A DNA stretch of 25,204 nt from a bacterium (GTDB taxonomy: Bacteria > Sysuimicrobiota > Sysuimicrobiia > Sysuimicrobiales > Humicultoraceae), in assembly GCA_041497675.1 (NCBI GenBank), contig JBGQGY010000041.1, forward strand, positions 1-25,204. The letters are read 5' to 3'. This document shows, one piece after another, positions 8,519 to 17,236 of the stretch. Numbering within the stretch: position 1 is the first letter of the stretch; each line of letters opens with the position of its first letter. The notes below the pieces were generated by a model, which saw only the letters and a program-made list of their open reading frames with translations, was not told where the DNA came from and made no database searches. The position numbers and the translations under genes are program-made.

Positions 8519-9283
8519 ATGCAGCGAGTATCGCTTGCAGCCCAGGTGCGTGAAGGCGTCGGCAAAGGGACGGCGCGCAGCGTGCGTCGCGCCGGACAGA
8601 TCCCGGGCATTCTCTACGGCCGGGGCCGCGATCCGAGGCCGGTGGCGGTGGATGCGAAGGCGTTCGCATCCGTCATCCATACTCACGCGGGCATGAACGT
8701 GCTGATTGACCTCGAGCTCGCGGGCAATGGGGGCGGAGGCGCGCCATCCGTCGTGATGGTGAAAGAAGTGCAGCGCGACATCTTCCGGCGCCAACCTATT
8801 CACGTCGACTTTCATGCGATCTCGCTGACCGATCGGATGGAGTTCTATGTGCCGGTGCTGCTGAAGGGCATCGCCAAGGGGATCGCCGAAGGTGGCATCG
8901 TCGAGCAGCACCTGCGCAACGTCGCCGTCGAGTGTCTGCCGACCGAGATTCCCGAGCAGTTCGAACTCGACGTGACCGAGTTGATGACTGGGCGCGCGCT
9001 CCACGCGAGCGACTTCATCATGCCCGCCGGTGTGGTGTTGAAGACGCCTCTGGAACAAGTCGTCGTGGCCGTGGTGTCGCCGCGCGTGATCGAGGAGGCG
9101 GCGCCCACGACCGTCGTTCCGGCCGGAGGTGTTCCCGCGGCGGAGGGCGCTCCGGCTCCCGCAGAAGGCGTACCAGCTTCCGCGGAAGGCGCCGCGGCAC
9201 AAGCCGAGTCCGCTGCGCCGGCCGGGCGCGAAGGTGGGCGCGAAGGCGGGCGCGAGAAGAAGAAGCCGCCGAAGCGCGAATAA
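8519..9283 (+). CDS. rplY: 50S ribosomal protein bL25 / general stress protein Ctc (long form)
   Basis: GKGTARSVRRAGQIPGILYG, VKEVQRD, HVDFH, VECLPTEIPE; Ala/Glu/Pro/Gly-rich tail; SD GGAGG upstream. Confidence 0.95.
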   Translation: MQRVSLAAQVREGVGKGTARSVRRAGQIPGILYGRGRDPRPVAVDAKAFASVIHTHAGMNVLIDLELAGNGGGGAPSVVMVKEVQRDIFRRQPIHVDFHAISLTDRMEFYVPVLLKGIAKGIAEGGIVEQHLRNVAVECLPTEIPEQFELDVTELMTGRALHASDFIMPAGVVLKTPLEQVVVAVVSPRVIEEAAPTTVVPAGGVPAAEGAPAPAEGVPASAEGAAAQAESAAPAGREGGREGGREKKKPPKRE

Positions 9284-9296
9284 CCGTCGTACGTCG

Positions 9297-9330
9297 ACGG
9301 GGGCGCCGTCCGGCGCCCCCGTTTCTCTTT
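9297..9330 (+). terminator. Intrinsic terminator after rplY
   Basis: ACGGGGGCGCC-gtcc-GGCGCCCCCGT 11-bp stem followed by TTCTCTTT. Confidence 0.85.
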
Positions 9331-9343
9331 GTGGGGTCCTGAG

Positions 9344-9952
9344 ATGCGACTCATTGTGGGGTTGGGAAACCCGGGACGCCGCTACCGCGGCACCCGCCAT
9401 AACATCGGCCACGACGTGCTCGACCTCGTGGCCCAGACACACCGCGTGGCGATCGATACCGACGATGGCTGGGCCGAGGTCGGCCGCGGGACGATCGGCG
9501 GTCACCGCGTGATTCTGGCGCGCCCGGAGACGTACGTGAACGTCAGCGGTGCGGCGGTCGCCGACCTCCGCCGGCGCCACCGGGTCGCGCCCGCTGACGT
9601 GCTCGTCATCTTCGACGATCTCGATCTCCCCCTCGGCACGGTGCGTCTGCGTCCCATGGGCAGCCACGGCGGGCACAACGGTCTCCGGTCGGTCATCGAT
9701 GCGCTTGGGACCACCGAGTTCCCGCGCGTGCGCGTGGGGATCGCACGGCCACCCGCAGGCGTGGATCCCGCCGACTATGTCCTCGAGCGGCCCTCGTCTG
9801 AAGAGCGTGCGCAGCTCGACGAGGCCATCCGGCGCGCCGCGGATGGGGTGACGTTGTGGATCACCGAAGGGATCGAGGCCGCCATGCGTCACTGCAACCC
9901 GAAGCGCTCGGCTCCTCGCGCACCGGACGTGGCATCAACCAACACGGTATAA
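9344..9952 (+). CDS. pth: Peptidyl-tRNA hydrolase
   Basis: LIVGLGNPG, TRHNIG, DDLDLP, GSHGGHNGLRS, RVRVGI; typical synteny after rplY. Confidence 0.96.
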   Translation: MRLIVGLGNPGRRYRGTRHNIGHDVLDLVAQTHRVAIDTDDGWAEVGRGTIGGHRVILARPETYVNVSGAAVADLRRRHRVAPADVLVIFDDLDLPLGTVRLRPMGSHGGHNGLRSVIDALGTTEFPRVRVGIARPPAGVDPADYVLERPSSEERAQLDEAIRRAADGVTLWITEGIEAAMRHCNPKRSAPRAPDVASTNTV

Positions 9953-9953
9953 T
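9948..9953 (+). promoter_or_regulatory. Possible -10 element for the oxidoreductase-MFS genes
   Basis: Perfect TATAAT overlapping the pth stop codon, ~28 nt before the next ATG; no convincing -35. Confidence 0.4.
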
Positions 9954-9980
9954 GATCACGATTCTGGGAGGTTCTTGTTG

Positions 9981-10562
9981 ATGGCCCGCCAGACCGCTGC
10001 AGGACAAACACCGCCGGGGCAGTCCTTGACGTCGAAGTGGCCGGTGCTGCACTACGGCAGCGTGCCGCGCTTCAACGCCGCCACCTGGGACTTTCGCCTC
10101 TTTGGCCTGGTCGAAGAGCCAGTGACGCTGACCCACCAGGAGTTCTTTGCGTTGCCGAAGACGACGCGTACCTGCGACATCCACTGCGTCACGCAGTGGA
10201 GCCGGTTGGGAGTCACGTTTGAAGGTTTTGGGGCAACGACGGTGCTTGGGCTGGCCAAGATCCGTCCCGAGGCGAAGTACGTCATGGTCCACGGGGAACA
10301 GGGGTACGAGACGAACGTCCCCCTCGAGTATCTGCAGGCCGACGACGCGTTCTTTGCGCACAAGGCCGATGGCGAAGACTTGACGCCCGACCACGGCTAC
10401 CCTCTGCGGCTGGTGATCCCGCGCCTCTATTTCTGGAAGAGCGCCAAGTGGGTGCGGGGTCTCGAGTTCCTGGCGACCGATCGACCCGGCTTCTGGGAGC
10501 GCAACGGCTATCACATGCGCGGCGACCCGTGGAAGGAAGAACGCTACTCCACACCCTGGTAG
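9981..10562 (+). CDS. Sulfite oxidase-like molybdopterin-binding oxidoreductase (YuiH-like, cytoplasmic)
   Basis: PPGQ..TSKWPVLHYG, DIHCVTQWS (Mo-ligating Cys), HGYPLRLVIP, YFWKSAKW, GFWERNGYH..GDPWKEER. Confidence 0.9.
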   Translation: MARQTAAGQTPPGQSLTSKWPVLHYGSVPRFNAATWDFRLFGLVEEPVTLTHQEFFALPKTTRTCDIHCVTQWSRLGVTFEGFGATTVLGLAKIRPEAKYVMVHGEQGYETNVPLEYLQADDAFFAHKADGEDLTPDHGYPLRLVIPRLYFWKSAKWVRGLEFLATDRPGFWERNGYHMRGDPWKEERYSTPW

Positions 10563-10595
10563 GACGCAGGCCGGCCGTCACCCGGCACCTTCGCG

Positions 10596-11831
10596 TTGGC
10601 TGAAGGCGCGGCGCCGGCCGCGCGCGGCCCGCGGCAGGCCTTTGCGCCGCTGCGCGAGCGGAACTTCCGTCTGCTGTGGACCGGGCTGCTGATTTCGCAG
10701 ACCGGTTCGTGGATGCAGTTCATCGCCCAGGGATATCTCGTCGACCAACTCACCAGAGCCCCGATCTATCTCGGTTTGCTCGGTCTCTCACAGGCGGTAC
10801 CCCGCCTGTTGTTCGCGTTTCTCGGGGGCGTGGCGGCCGACCGCTTCCACCGGCGCCGTGTGCTGATGATCACCAACATCGCCATGATGTGCTCGGCGTT
10901 TGTGCTGGCGTATCTCGCTTACACCGAGCGCGTGCAGGTCTGGCACATATTGGCGATTGGGGCCTTCAACTCGCTCGCCCAATCGTTTGACAACCCCGCG
11001 CGCCAATCGCTGGTGCCGATGCTGGTGGGCGATCGGCAATTGATCTCGGCGCTCAGCCTCACCTCGATGGCGCTGAACGGCTCGGGAGTCTTTGGTCCAT
11101 CGTTGGGCGGCGTGGTGATCGCGATCGCGGGCGTCAAGGCCTGCTTCCTCCTCAACGCGGTGAGCTTCATCGCCGTCGTCATCGCGCTGCTGCGCATGGA
11201 GTTTCCGCCGCCGCAGACCGGCGAGCGGGATTCGGTTCGCGCCGACATCCGTGAGGGCCTCAAGCTGCTGACCAAACATCCGCACCTGATGACGCTGCTG
11301 GGGATCGTGGCCGTCATCAACTTCTTCGGCCGGCCCTACATCCGGTTGATGCCGGCGGTGGCGCGCGAAGTCCTCGGCGTCGGGCCGACCGGGCTTGGGG
11401 TGCTGCAGGCGGCGCCCTCGGTTGGGACGATCGTCGCGGTCTTCATTATCAGCGCCTTTGGCGCCACCGTCCGGCACGGCAAGCTGATGCTTCTGGCGGC
11501 GTTCTCCACCGGGTCGATGGTCGTGCTCTTTGGGTTGTCGCACTGGTTCGCGGTCTCGGTCGGGTTGCTGATCCTGGCCGGGACCGGCACGGCCGTGGCA
11601 AACGCGACGGCCAACACGATGGTGCAGACGTCGGTACAACCCGCGCAGCGCGGCCGCGTGATGGGTCTCTACAACATGGTGACCTTTGGGATGTTCGCGC
11701 TTGGGACGCTGCCGATCGGGGCGCTGGCCGGGGTGATCGGCGTATCGTCCGCTATCGCCATCGGTGGGGCCATCGCGGCCGCGCTGGTCGCGGTGCTCGC
11801 GCTGACCTCACCGAAAGTGGCGGCGCTCTGA
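10596..11831 (+). CDS. MFS transporter (DHA3/MFS_3-like)
   Basis: RNFRLLWTG..ISQTGSWMQ, motif A GGVAADRFHRRR, FDNPARQS, RGRVMGLY; about 12 hydrophobic segments. Confidence 0.92.
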   Translation: MAEGAAPAARGPRQAFAPLRERNFRLLWTGLLISQTGSWMQFIAQGYLVDQLTRAPIYLGLLGLSQAVPRLLFAFLGGVAADRFHRRRVLMITNIAMMCSAFVLAYLAYTERVQVWHILAIGAFNSLAQSFDNPARQSLVPMLVGDRQLISALSLTSMALNGSGVFGPSLGGVVIAIAGVKACFLLNAVSFIAVVIALLRMEFPPPQTGERDSVRADIREGLKLLTKHPHLMTLLGIVAVINFFGRPYIRLMPAVAREVLGVGPTGLGVLQAAPSVGTIVAVFIISAFGATVRHGKLMLLAAFSTGSMVVLFGLSHWFAVSVGLLILAGTGTAVANATANTMVQTSVQPAQRGRVMGLYNMVTFGMFALGTLPIGALAGVIGVSSAIAIGGAIAAALVAVLALTSPKVAAL

Positions 11832-11902
11832 CGGGAGCAGCGCGGCGGGCAACCCGACCCGCTGCCAGATCCCCGATGCAGTCATCGCCCCGAACACCAT
11901 GC

Positions 11903-13174
11903 CTAAGCGAGTGCCGCATCAGGGCTTGGCAAAGGCGAAGGGTATTTGCCAAACACTAGGGCGGCATTGATGCCCCCAAAGCCAAAGGAGTTGCTGAGAA
12001 TGAAATCTGCCGCCTGTGTACGCCCGCGACCCGGTATGTAGTCAAGATCACACTCTGGGTCGGGGTTTTCCAGATTGATCGTCGGCGGCAAGTAGCCGTG
12101 ACGTAGCGCCAGCATGCAGATCGCGGCTTCGATGGCCGCAGAAGCCCCAAGCGCATGCCCGTGCATTGATTTCGTGCCGCTGACTGGGATGCGTCGCGCG
12201 TCCTCGCCGAAAACCGCTTTGATTGCGCGGGTTTCCGTCGAATCGTTCAGCAGTGTCGACGAGCCGTGGGCATTAATGTAGTCGATCCGCCTGGGCGCGA
12301 CACCGGCGTCCGCCAGGGCGAGTCGTATCGCCCGTGCCGCTTGATTCCCCGACGGGAGCGGTGCGGTCATATGGTACGCATCGTTCGTAGAGCCGTAGCC
12401 CAGGACCTCGCCATATATCGTCGCCCTTCGGGCCAGAGCATGGTCCAGGCGCTCCAGCACGAGCACCGCCGCGCCTTCGCCCATGACGAACCCGTCGCGC
12501 TCCTTGTCGAATGGTCGACAGGCGGCCGCCGGCTTGTCGTTACGCGTCGACATGGCCCTGATGATGTCGAATGCTCCGAAGATAAGGGGGGTGAGTGGGG
12601 TTTCAACGCCGCCCGCCAACATGACGTCGACTTCTCCGCCGCGCACCAGTCGGAACGCCTCACCGAGCGCAATTGCACCCGAGGCGCATGAGTCAGTGTT
12701 GGCGCTTGTGGGCCCACTCACCCCGAGGTCGATCGCGATGTTGCATGAGGCCGCGCCGCCAAAGACAGATAGTGCCAGCGTCGGCCGTACGCGGCGAATG
12801 CCCTCCTTTATGTAGATACTGTATTGTTCTTCGGCAAACGCCGCGCCACCGAGTGCCGTCCCGATAAAAACTCCCACCCGCTCGCGGTCGACTCGATCTA
12901 AAAGGAGGTTGGCGTCCGCGATCGCGTGGCGCCCGCAGACGACCGCAAACTGAGAGAAACGGTCTAGCCGTCGCGCTTGCTTTGCGTCAAGGTATTGCGC
13001 GGAATTGAAGTCTGGGATTTCTGCGGCGACACGGCTCGCGAACTGTGATGCGTCGAAGCGCTCGACGCGGCGTCCGCCAGGCCTGCCTTCGCGGATTCCG
13101 GCAAGCAGCCCGGCCGCGCCGTGGCCGATCGGGGTAATCGCGCCGAGCCCAGTTACAACGACTCTGCCCGTCAC
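11903..13174 (-). CDS. Beta-ketoacyl-ACP synthase II (FabF-like) ketosynthase
   Basis: RVVVTGLGAITPIG; catalytic Cys in TDSCASG; His in NAHGSST and KSMHGHALGA; SNSFGFGG. GTG start 13174 overlaps the upstream stop (GTGA). Confidence 0.92.
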   Translation of the reverse strand: MTGRVVVTGLGAITPIGHGAAGLLAGIREGRPGGRRVERFDASQFASRVAAEIPDFNSAQYLDAKQARRLDRFSQFAVVCGRHAIADANLLLDRVDRERVGVFIGTALGGAAFAEEQYSIYIKEGIRRVRPTLALSVFGGAASCNIAIDLGVSGPTSANTDSCASGAIALGEAFRLVRGGEVDVMLAGGVETPLTPLIFGAFDIIRAMSTRNDKPAAACRPFDKERDGFVMGEGAAVLVLERLDHALARRATIYGEVLGYGSTNDAYHMTAPLPSGNQAARAIRLALADAGVAPRRIDYINAHGSSTLLNDSTETRAIKAVFGEDARRIPVSGTKSMHGHALGASAAIEAAICMLALRHGYLPPTINLENPDPECDLDYIPGRGRTQAADFILSNSFGFGGINAALVFGKYPSPLPSPDAALA

Positions 13175-13644
13175 CGTGGCTCCTCGTCCTTCTGTGCGTG
13201 TGTTCCCACGGCTTCTGCGTGGATCTTCACCGCCTGAAGAGTCTTGCGCGCCGTGTAGTTGATGAAGATCGGGCCGACAAGCAGATTTCCAACAAGCCGG
13301 CCTATCAGCGGCCAGCGCATCACCAGGTCGTGAACCAGCTCGACGGTGACGCCGTTGGCGTCGGCGGCGAAGCGCCACTCAACGGCCATGCCCCTCGTGA
13401 TCCCGCCGATATGGCGGAACGTGAGGCGCCGCCCATCACTGCGCGCCTCTCGCACCGCTGTCCACCGCGCGGGCCATCCACGGATCCAACCACCCATCTC
13501 GAACGTAAGTGTTCGCGGTGTCTCTTCAATAACGCGGAACCACCGGTACTCCCGCCGCAGTCGGGACCAATTCGCGACATCCTTGGCCAACTCGAAGACC
13601 ACCTCCAACGGAGCGGCGATCCAGATGCGATGCTCAAGATGCAT
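13171..13644 (-). CDS. SRPBCC / polyketide cyclase-aromatase family protein
   Basis: IWIAAPLEVVFELAKDVANW...RLTFRHIGGITRGMAVEWRF pattern, 157 aa. Confidence 0.8.
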   Translation of the reverse strand: MHLEHRIWIAAPLEVVFELAKDVANWSRLRREYRWFRVIEETPRTLTFEMGGWIRGWPARWTAVREARSDGRRLTFRHIGGITRGMAVEWRFAADANGVTVELVHDLVMRWPLIGRLVGNLLVGPIFINYTARKTLQAVKIHAEAVGTHAQKDEEPR

Positions 13645-13652
13645 GGAACTCC

Positions 13653-14834
13653 CTATCGCCTCGGAAGGACTATGCGTGTGACAAAGCTGGGGGACAGAAC
13701 ATCGCGAGCCCGACGCGAGCCCGCAACGACCTCTAAGAGTATGGAGGCGAGGTTCGGTTCGTCCGCTAGGTTACGGACCAAATACGCCGCCAGTCGTGGC
13801 CGCCGAACTATCCACTGAAGTACGCGACTGACCCGCCAAGTGTCCCGAAACGCAGCCGTACGCTCATGCTCATATGACCTTAGCGCGTGGCGCGACGCTG
13901 GCCCGTTCTGCAACACCTTGTGCGCTGTTTGGGCCGCGATGATCGCGCCGCGCAAGGCCAGCGCGATGCCCTCTCCCGTCATAGGATTAACCGTGCCGGC
14001 CGCGTCGCCGACCAGGAGCAGGCCGTCATTGACGGCGGGCCGGCGCGTGTACCCCAATGGGCCGACCGTCGTGAAGGACGTGATAGGCTTAGCCCCCCGC
14101 ATGATATCGTTTAGAGCGGGTGTTTGCTCGCATGCCCATTTGAAAAGCTCAGGAATCCGACCGTGAGCGCGCCTGAAGTGATCCCGTGGAAACGACGCGA
14201 CGACATTCCCGGTGCCGTCCCCGTAAAGGGCGGAGCCAACGAACCACGCGTGGCCCAGGTGCAGCGTCAGGCCGGGAGCCGCCCGTTCGCTGATCTCAAA
14301 GCGCGCCCCAACACTGTAGTATCCGTTACGGGCCGGTGCAAGCCTGCCAGCGTGGCGCGCGGTGACCGAACGGAGTCCATCCGCCCCGATGACAAGCTTG
14401 GCCTCAAGTCGAAGGATTCTACCGTTATGCCAGCCCGTGACGCTTGGTACTGCGCCCGGGATCACCGCGTCAGCCCTAAACCCCTCAATGACCTGAGCAC
14501 CTGCGCGTGCGGCCTCGCCCAGGAGCACGTGGTCCAGAATGGTCCGACAGACCAACAACGCACGGCCCGTAGCAAATGGCGCCCGTATGGCATGCCCGTC
14601 CAGATCGAGAACGCGCACCCCCGAGAGACCCAACCCTTGAGTCGCCACTAACTGGCCAACACCCAAGGAGTCCAGCGCGGCGACAGCACCGGGATTCAGA
14701 TATTCGCCGCAGGGCTTCGGTCTGGGAAACCGCGCCCGGTCCAAGAGCGTGACGTGATAACCGAGACGGGCTAGCATTAAGGCAGAGGCGCTGCCTGCTG
14801 GACCGGCTCCGACGACGATGACATCAGTGGTCAA
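13653..14834 (-). CDS. FAD-dependent oxidoreductase (geranylgeranyl reductase / aromatic hydroxylase-like)
   Basis: DVIVVGAGPAGS, FPRPKPCGEYL, VIGADGLRS, LVGDAAGTVNPMTGEGI. Confidence 0.9.
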   Translation of the reverse strand: MTTDVIVVGAGPAGSASALMLARLGYHVTLLDRARFPRPKPCGEYLNPGAVAALDSLGVGQLVATQGLGLSGVRVLDLDGHAIRAPFATGRALLVCRTILDHVLLGEAARAGAQVIEGFRADAVIPGAVPSVTGWHNGRILRLEAKLVIGADGLRSVTARHAGRLAPARNGYYSVGARFEISERAAPGLTLHLGHAWFVGSALYGDGTGNVVASFPRDHFRRAHGRIPELFKWACEQTPALNDIMRGAKPITSFTTVGPLGYTRRPAVNDGLLLVGDAAGTVNPMTGEGIALALRGAIIAAQTAHKVLQNGPASRHALRSYEHERTAAFRDTWRVSRVLQWIVRRPRLAAYLVRNLADEPNLASILLEVVAGSRRARDVLSPSFVTRIVLPRR

Positions 14835-15546
14835 AGCCCGAACCTTTTGGCCATCGAACGATCACGGCTCGCAATAGGCGGTTACTGTGGATCACAACCC
14901 CTGCTAGCCTGGCGGCGCGAACCAGGTCGTGAAACTCCGGCCAAGTGAACGATCTCAGCACTGACACCGGCGTATCATGCTTTGCTAAGCGGTTTCGTTC
15001 AATGAGCCAAGCGTCGGCGAGTGCGCCGAGGTAGGCGGGCCATGATCTCATGACGTCATTTACGACAAACGCGCCGCACGCAACCCGGTCAATTTCTCTG
15101 AGCAGCGCAGCGGCCTGGTCGAATGAAAAGTGGTGGAGGGTCAAAGCGTTTAGAACGACATCAACACTCCCATCTGCAAATGGCAGGGCAAAAGCATTGG
15201 CACACACCAGAGTGATTTCGGGTGCGCCGCGCACGATCTTGCGGGCTTCGGCCAGGATATCAGGATTGACGTCCAGCGCCACGATGCGGACCGATAGGTT
15301 CCGACCCCGTGCCCACGCTGCAATTGCCACAGGGACGTCTGCGGATCCGGTGCCTACGTCAAGGATGCGAAGCGGACGCCGAGGCAAGAGGTCTGCGAAC
15401 CGACGCAGATATTGCAGGACCAAGGCGTGCCCCCCGTACCAATGGTTGATTCGTCTCAGTGCTGCGAGGAGTCCCGCGAACTCCACCCGATCCTCTGCGG
15501 GTGCGTCGAAATATTCCCGCTCTTCTCTCTTGGGCGGATAGCGCAA
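14824..15546 (-). CDS. Class I SAM-dependent methyltransferase
   Basis: LRILDVGTGSAD, ALDVN, LPFADGSVDVV, LTLHHF; TTG start. Confidence 0.9.
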   Translation of the reverse strand: MRYPPKREEREYFDAPAEDRVEFAGLLAALRRINHWYGGHALVLQYLRRFADLLPRRPLRILDVGTGSADVPVAIAAWARGRNLSVRIVALDVNPDILAEARKIVRGAPEITLVCANAFALPFADGSVDVVLNALTLHHFSFDQAAALLREIDRVACGAFVVNDVMRSWPAYLGALADAWLIERNRLAKHDTPVSVLRSFTWPEFHDLVRAARLAGVVIHSNRLLRAVIVRWPKGSGFDH

Positions 15547-15638
15547 GATATCCCTCGGGGGTCATTTACTACCAGTCTAGCGAGGGGGATGTAATAAATC
15601 CATCACGTGATAGCGGCGGAAAACTGGCGGGTGTTCGA

Positions 15639-17057
15639 CTACGGCGACGTATCGGTTGACCGGCGCACGGCAAGCAGGACCGAAGAGACGTTGCGCTCCC
15701 CACCTCGGGGCAGGGCGCTGACGACGCGACCTCCGACGACGAGCGTCGTCGACCCGCCGCCATCAAGGTTCATCGCGTCCCGCGCGCCGAGATCCTTCAT
15801 CAGGCTTGCGAGCTCGGGCAAATTCATGCCGCTGCTCTCGCGGCTGCGTCCGTCGACGGTGACGAAGAGCACCTTGCCGGTGTGCGTAATGCCGATGGCC
15901 GAGCGTGCCGCGCGGGCGGCGTAGAAGCCGGGGCCAAACCCTTCCCAGGCGTACGGGATGTGGATCTGGCCGTTGCGGACCAACTGCGGGCCACCCTGCA
16001 CGGCCTGCATGATCCCTTGCGGCGTGAGCGCCAGGTCGAGTTTCATGGTTTGACCGCGCACCAGCCCCAACAGCAGGTGCTGCTGCGATTCGGCCGTCGC
16101 CAGGACGTACCCATCGGGCGGGATCGTTTGGCGCCCCGCGTTGAAGCTGTCGATGCGGCCGTCGCGCACCACGGCGACGAGCGCGTGCCACGGCGTGACT
16201 GGGCCGAACTCCGGCGTGTAGAGTGCGACGCCGCCCCACCGCGGCGGCCGGTTGATCGCCGAGATCGGCACGACGGCGCCCGTGTCGGCGACCATGCGGC
16301 CGTTGAACTCGGCCGGTCCGATCCACGGCCGTCCGCCGGAGTCAATCGCAAACACGGCTCGACGCGGGAACGGCGCCGACAACACGTGGCCGTCGATCAC
16401 GATCAACCCGACGGGCAGGCTCGCTTCGGTATAGAAGTTGCCGTTGATGGCGGCGATCGCGTTGAGCCGCGCGGCGGCCGCACTCGTCGTGTCTGTGGCG
16501 TTCACGACGGCCCCACCGAGTGCCGGCTGGATCGCCAGCGTCTCCGCGCGCGGGTCCAGCGTGACGATGTGCGCCCGCGCCCGGGCCCCGCGGCCGGCAC
16601 CCGTTGGGACACGCAGGGTCTGATACGCGACGCTCTCCGGGACGGGAACGGTGCCCAGCCGCTGCGGGAAGACCGTGACGGTCAGCAGGTCGTCGCGGGT
16701 GAAGACTTTGAACCGGGCCGGCTCGCGGACACCGAACTCCAGTCGTACGACGTCAGGGGTCATTCGACGCAGTGTGACGCCGGCGAGCACGCCGCGGTCC
16801 ACTGGAATGACGCGGTCGGCGTCACCGGTGACCGTCCACAGGTCGAGGGTCACGGCGCTCCCGCTGAGCGACGTCCGATAGCGGACCGGGGCGGACAGCC
16901 GCAGCGTCACCGCGGCCGAATCGGATTCGGACCGCCAACGGACGTCCAGGATCTGCGCGTCACGATCTTGAGCGGCCGTCGGAAGCGCGACACCGAGCAG
17001 ACACAGCGAAGCCAGAAGAACGAGGACCGTCATGCGGTGTCGCGGGGTACGAAGCAT
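15639..17057 (-). CDS. Secreted phosphodiester glycosidase (NAGPA-like) family protein with possible N-terminal AMIN-like domain
   Basis: Signal peptide; AAINGNFY, AVQGGPQLV, ARSAIG, VTVDGR, AMNLDGGGSTTL. Start 17057 or 17033. Confidence 0.85.
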   Translation of the reverse strand: MLRTPRHRMTVLVLLASLCLLGVALPTAAQDRDAQILDVRWRSESDSAAVTLRLSAPVRYRTSLSGSAVTLDLWTVTGDADRVIPVDRGVLAGVTLRRMTPDVVRLEFGVREPARFKVFTRDDLLTVTVFPQRLGTVPVPESVAYQTLRVPTGAGRGARARAHIVTLDPRAETLAIQPALGGAVVNATDTTSAAAARLNAIAAINGNFYTEASLPVGLIVIDGHVLSAPFPRRAVFAIDSGGRPWIGPAEFNGRMVADTGAVVPISAINRPPRWGGVALYTPEFGPVTPWHALVAVVRDGRIDSFNAGRQTIPPDGYVLATAESQQHLLLGLVRGQTMKLDLALTPQGIMQAVQGGPQLVRNGQIHIPYAWEGFGPGFYAARAARSAIGITHTGKVLFVTVDGRSRESSGMNLPELASLMKDLGARDAMNLDGGGSTTLVVGGRVVSALPRGGERNVSSVLLAVRRSTDTSP

Positions 17058-17236
17058 CGGCACGTCCGGCGTCCGACGTAGGGTTCGAATGCGAACCGCT
17101 TGTAGGTTGTCTTTGCGCCGAGCGGTCGAGATTCCTGCAGGGATCGCCACGGCAACCCCTCCGGCGGGGAAGTCGGGTCTCCTCGCGTATCCGTTAGGGA
17201 TGGTCCCTGATGTGGTCTCGTCTAGTCGTGGTCGGG

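Noticed and set aside
9100..9283. Repeats in the rplY tail (PAAEG-like units; GGGCGCGAAGG repeats encoding GREG)
   Set aside because: Low-complexity tails are ordinary in long bL25/Ctc proteins.
10596..11831. MFS as exporter of the cassette product
   Set aside because: It is on the opposite strand, has host-like composition and follows the Mo-oxidoreductase; adjacency alone is insufficient.
11891..15636. CGAACACC / GGTGTTCG inverted 8-mers flanking the biosynthetic cassette as mobile-element ends
   Set aside because: Too short to exceed chance; no transposase or target duplication seen.
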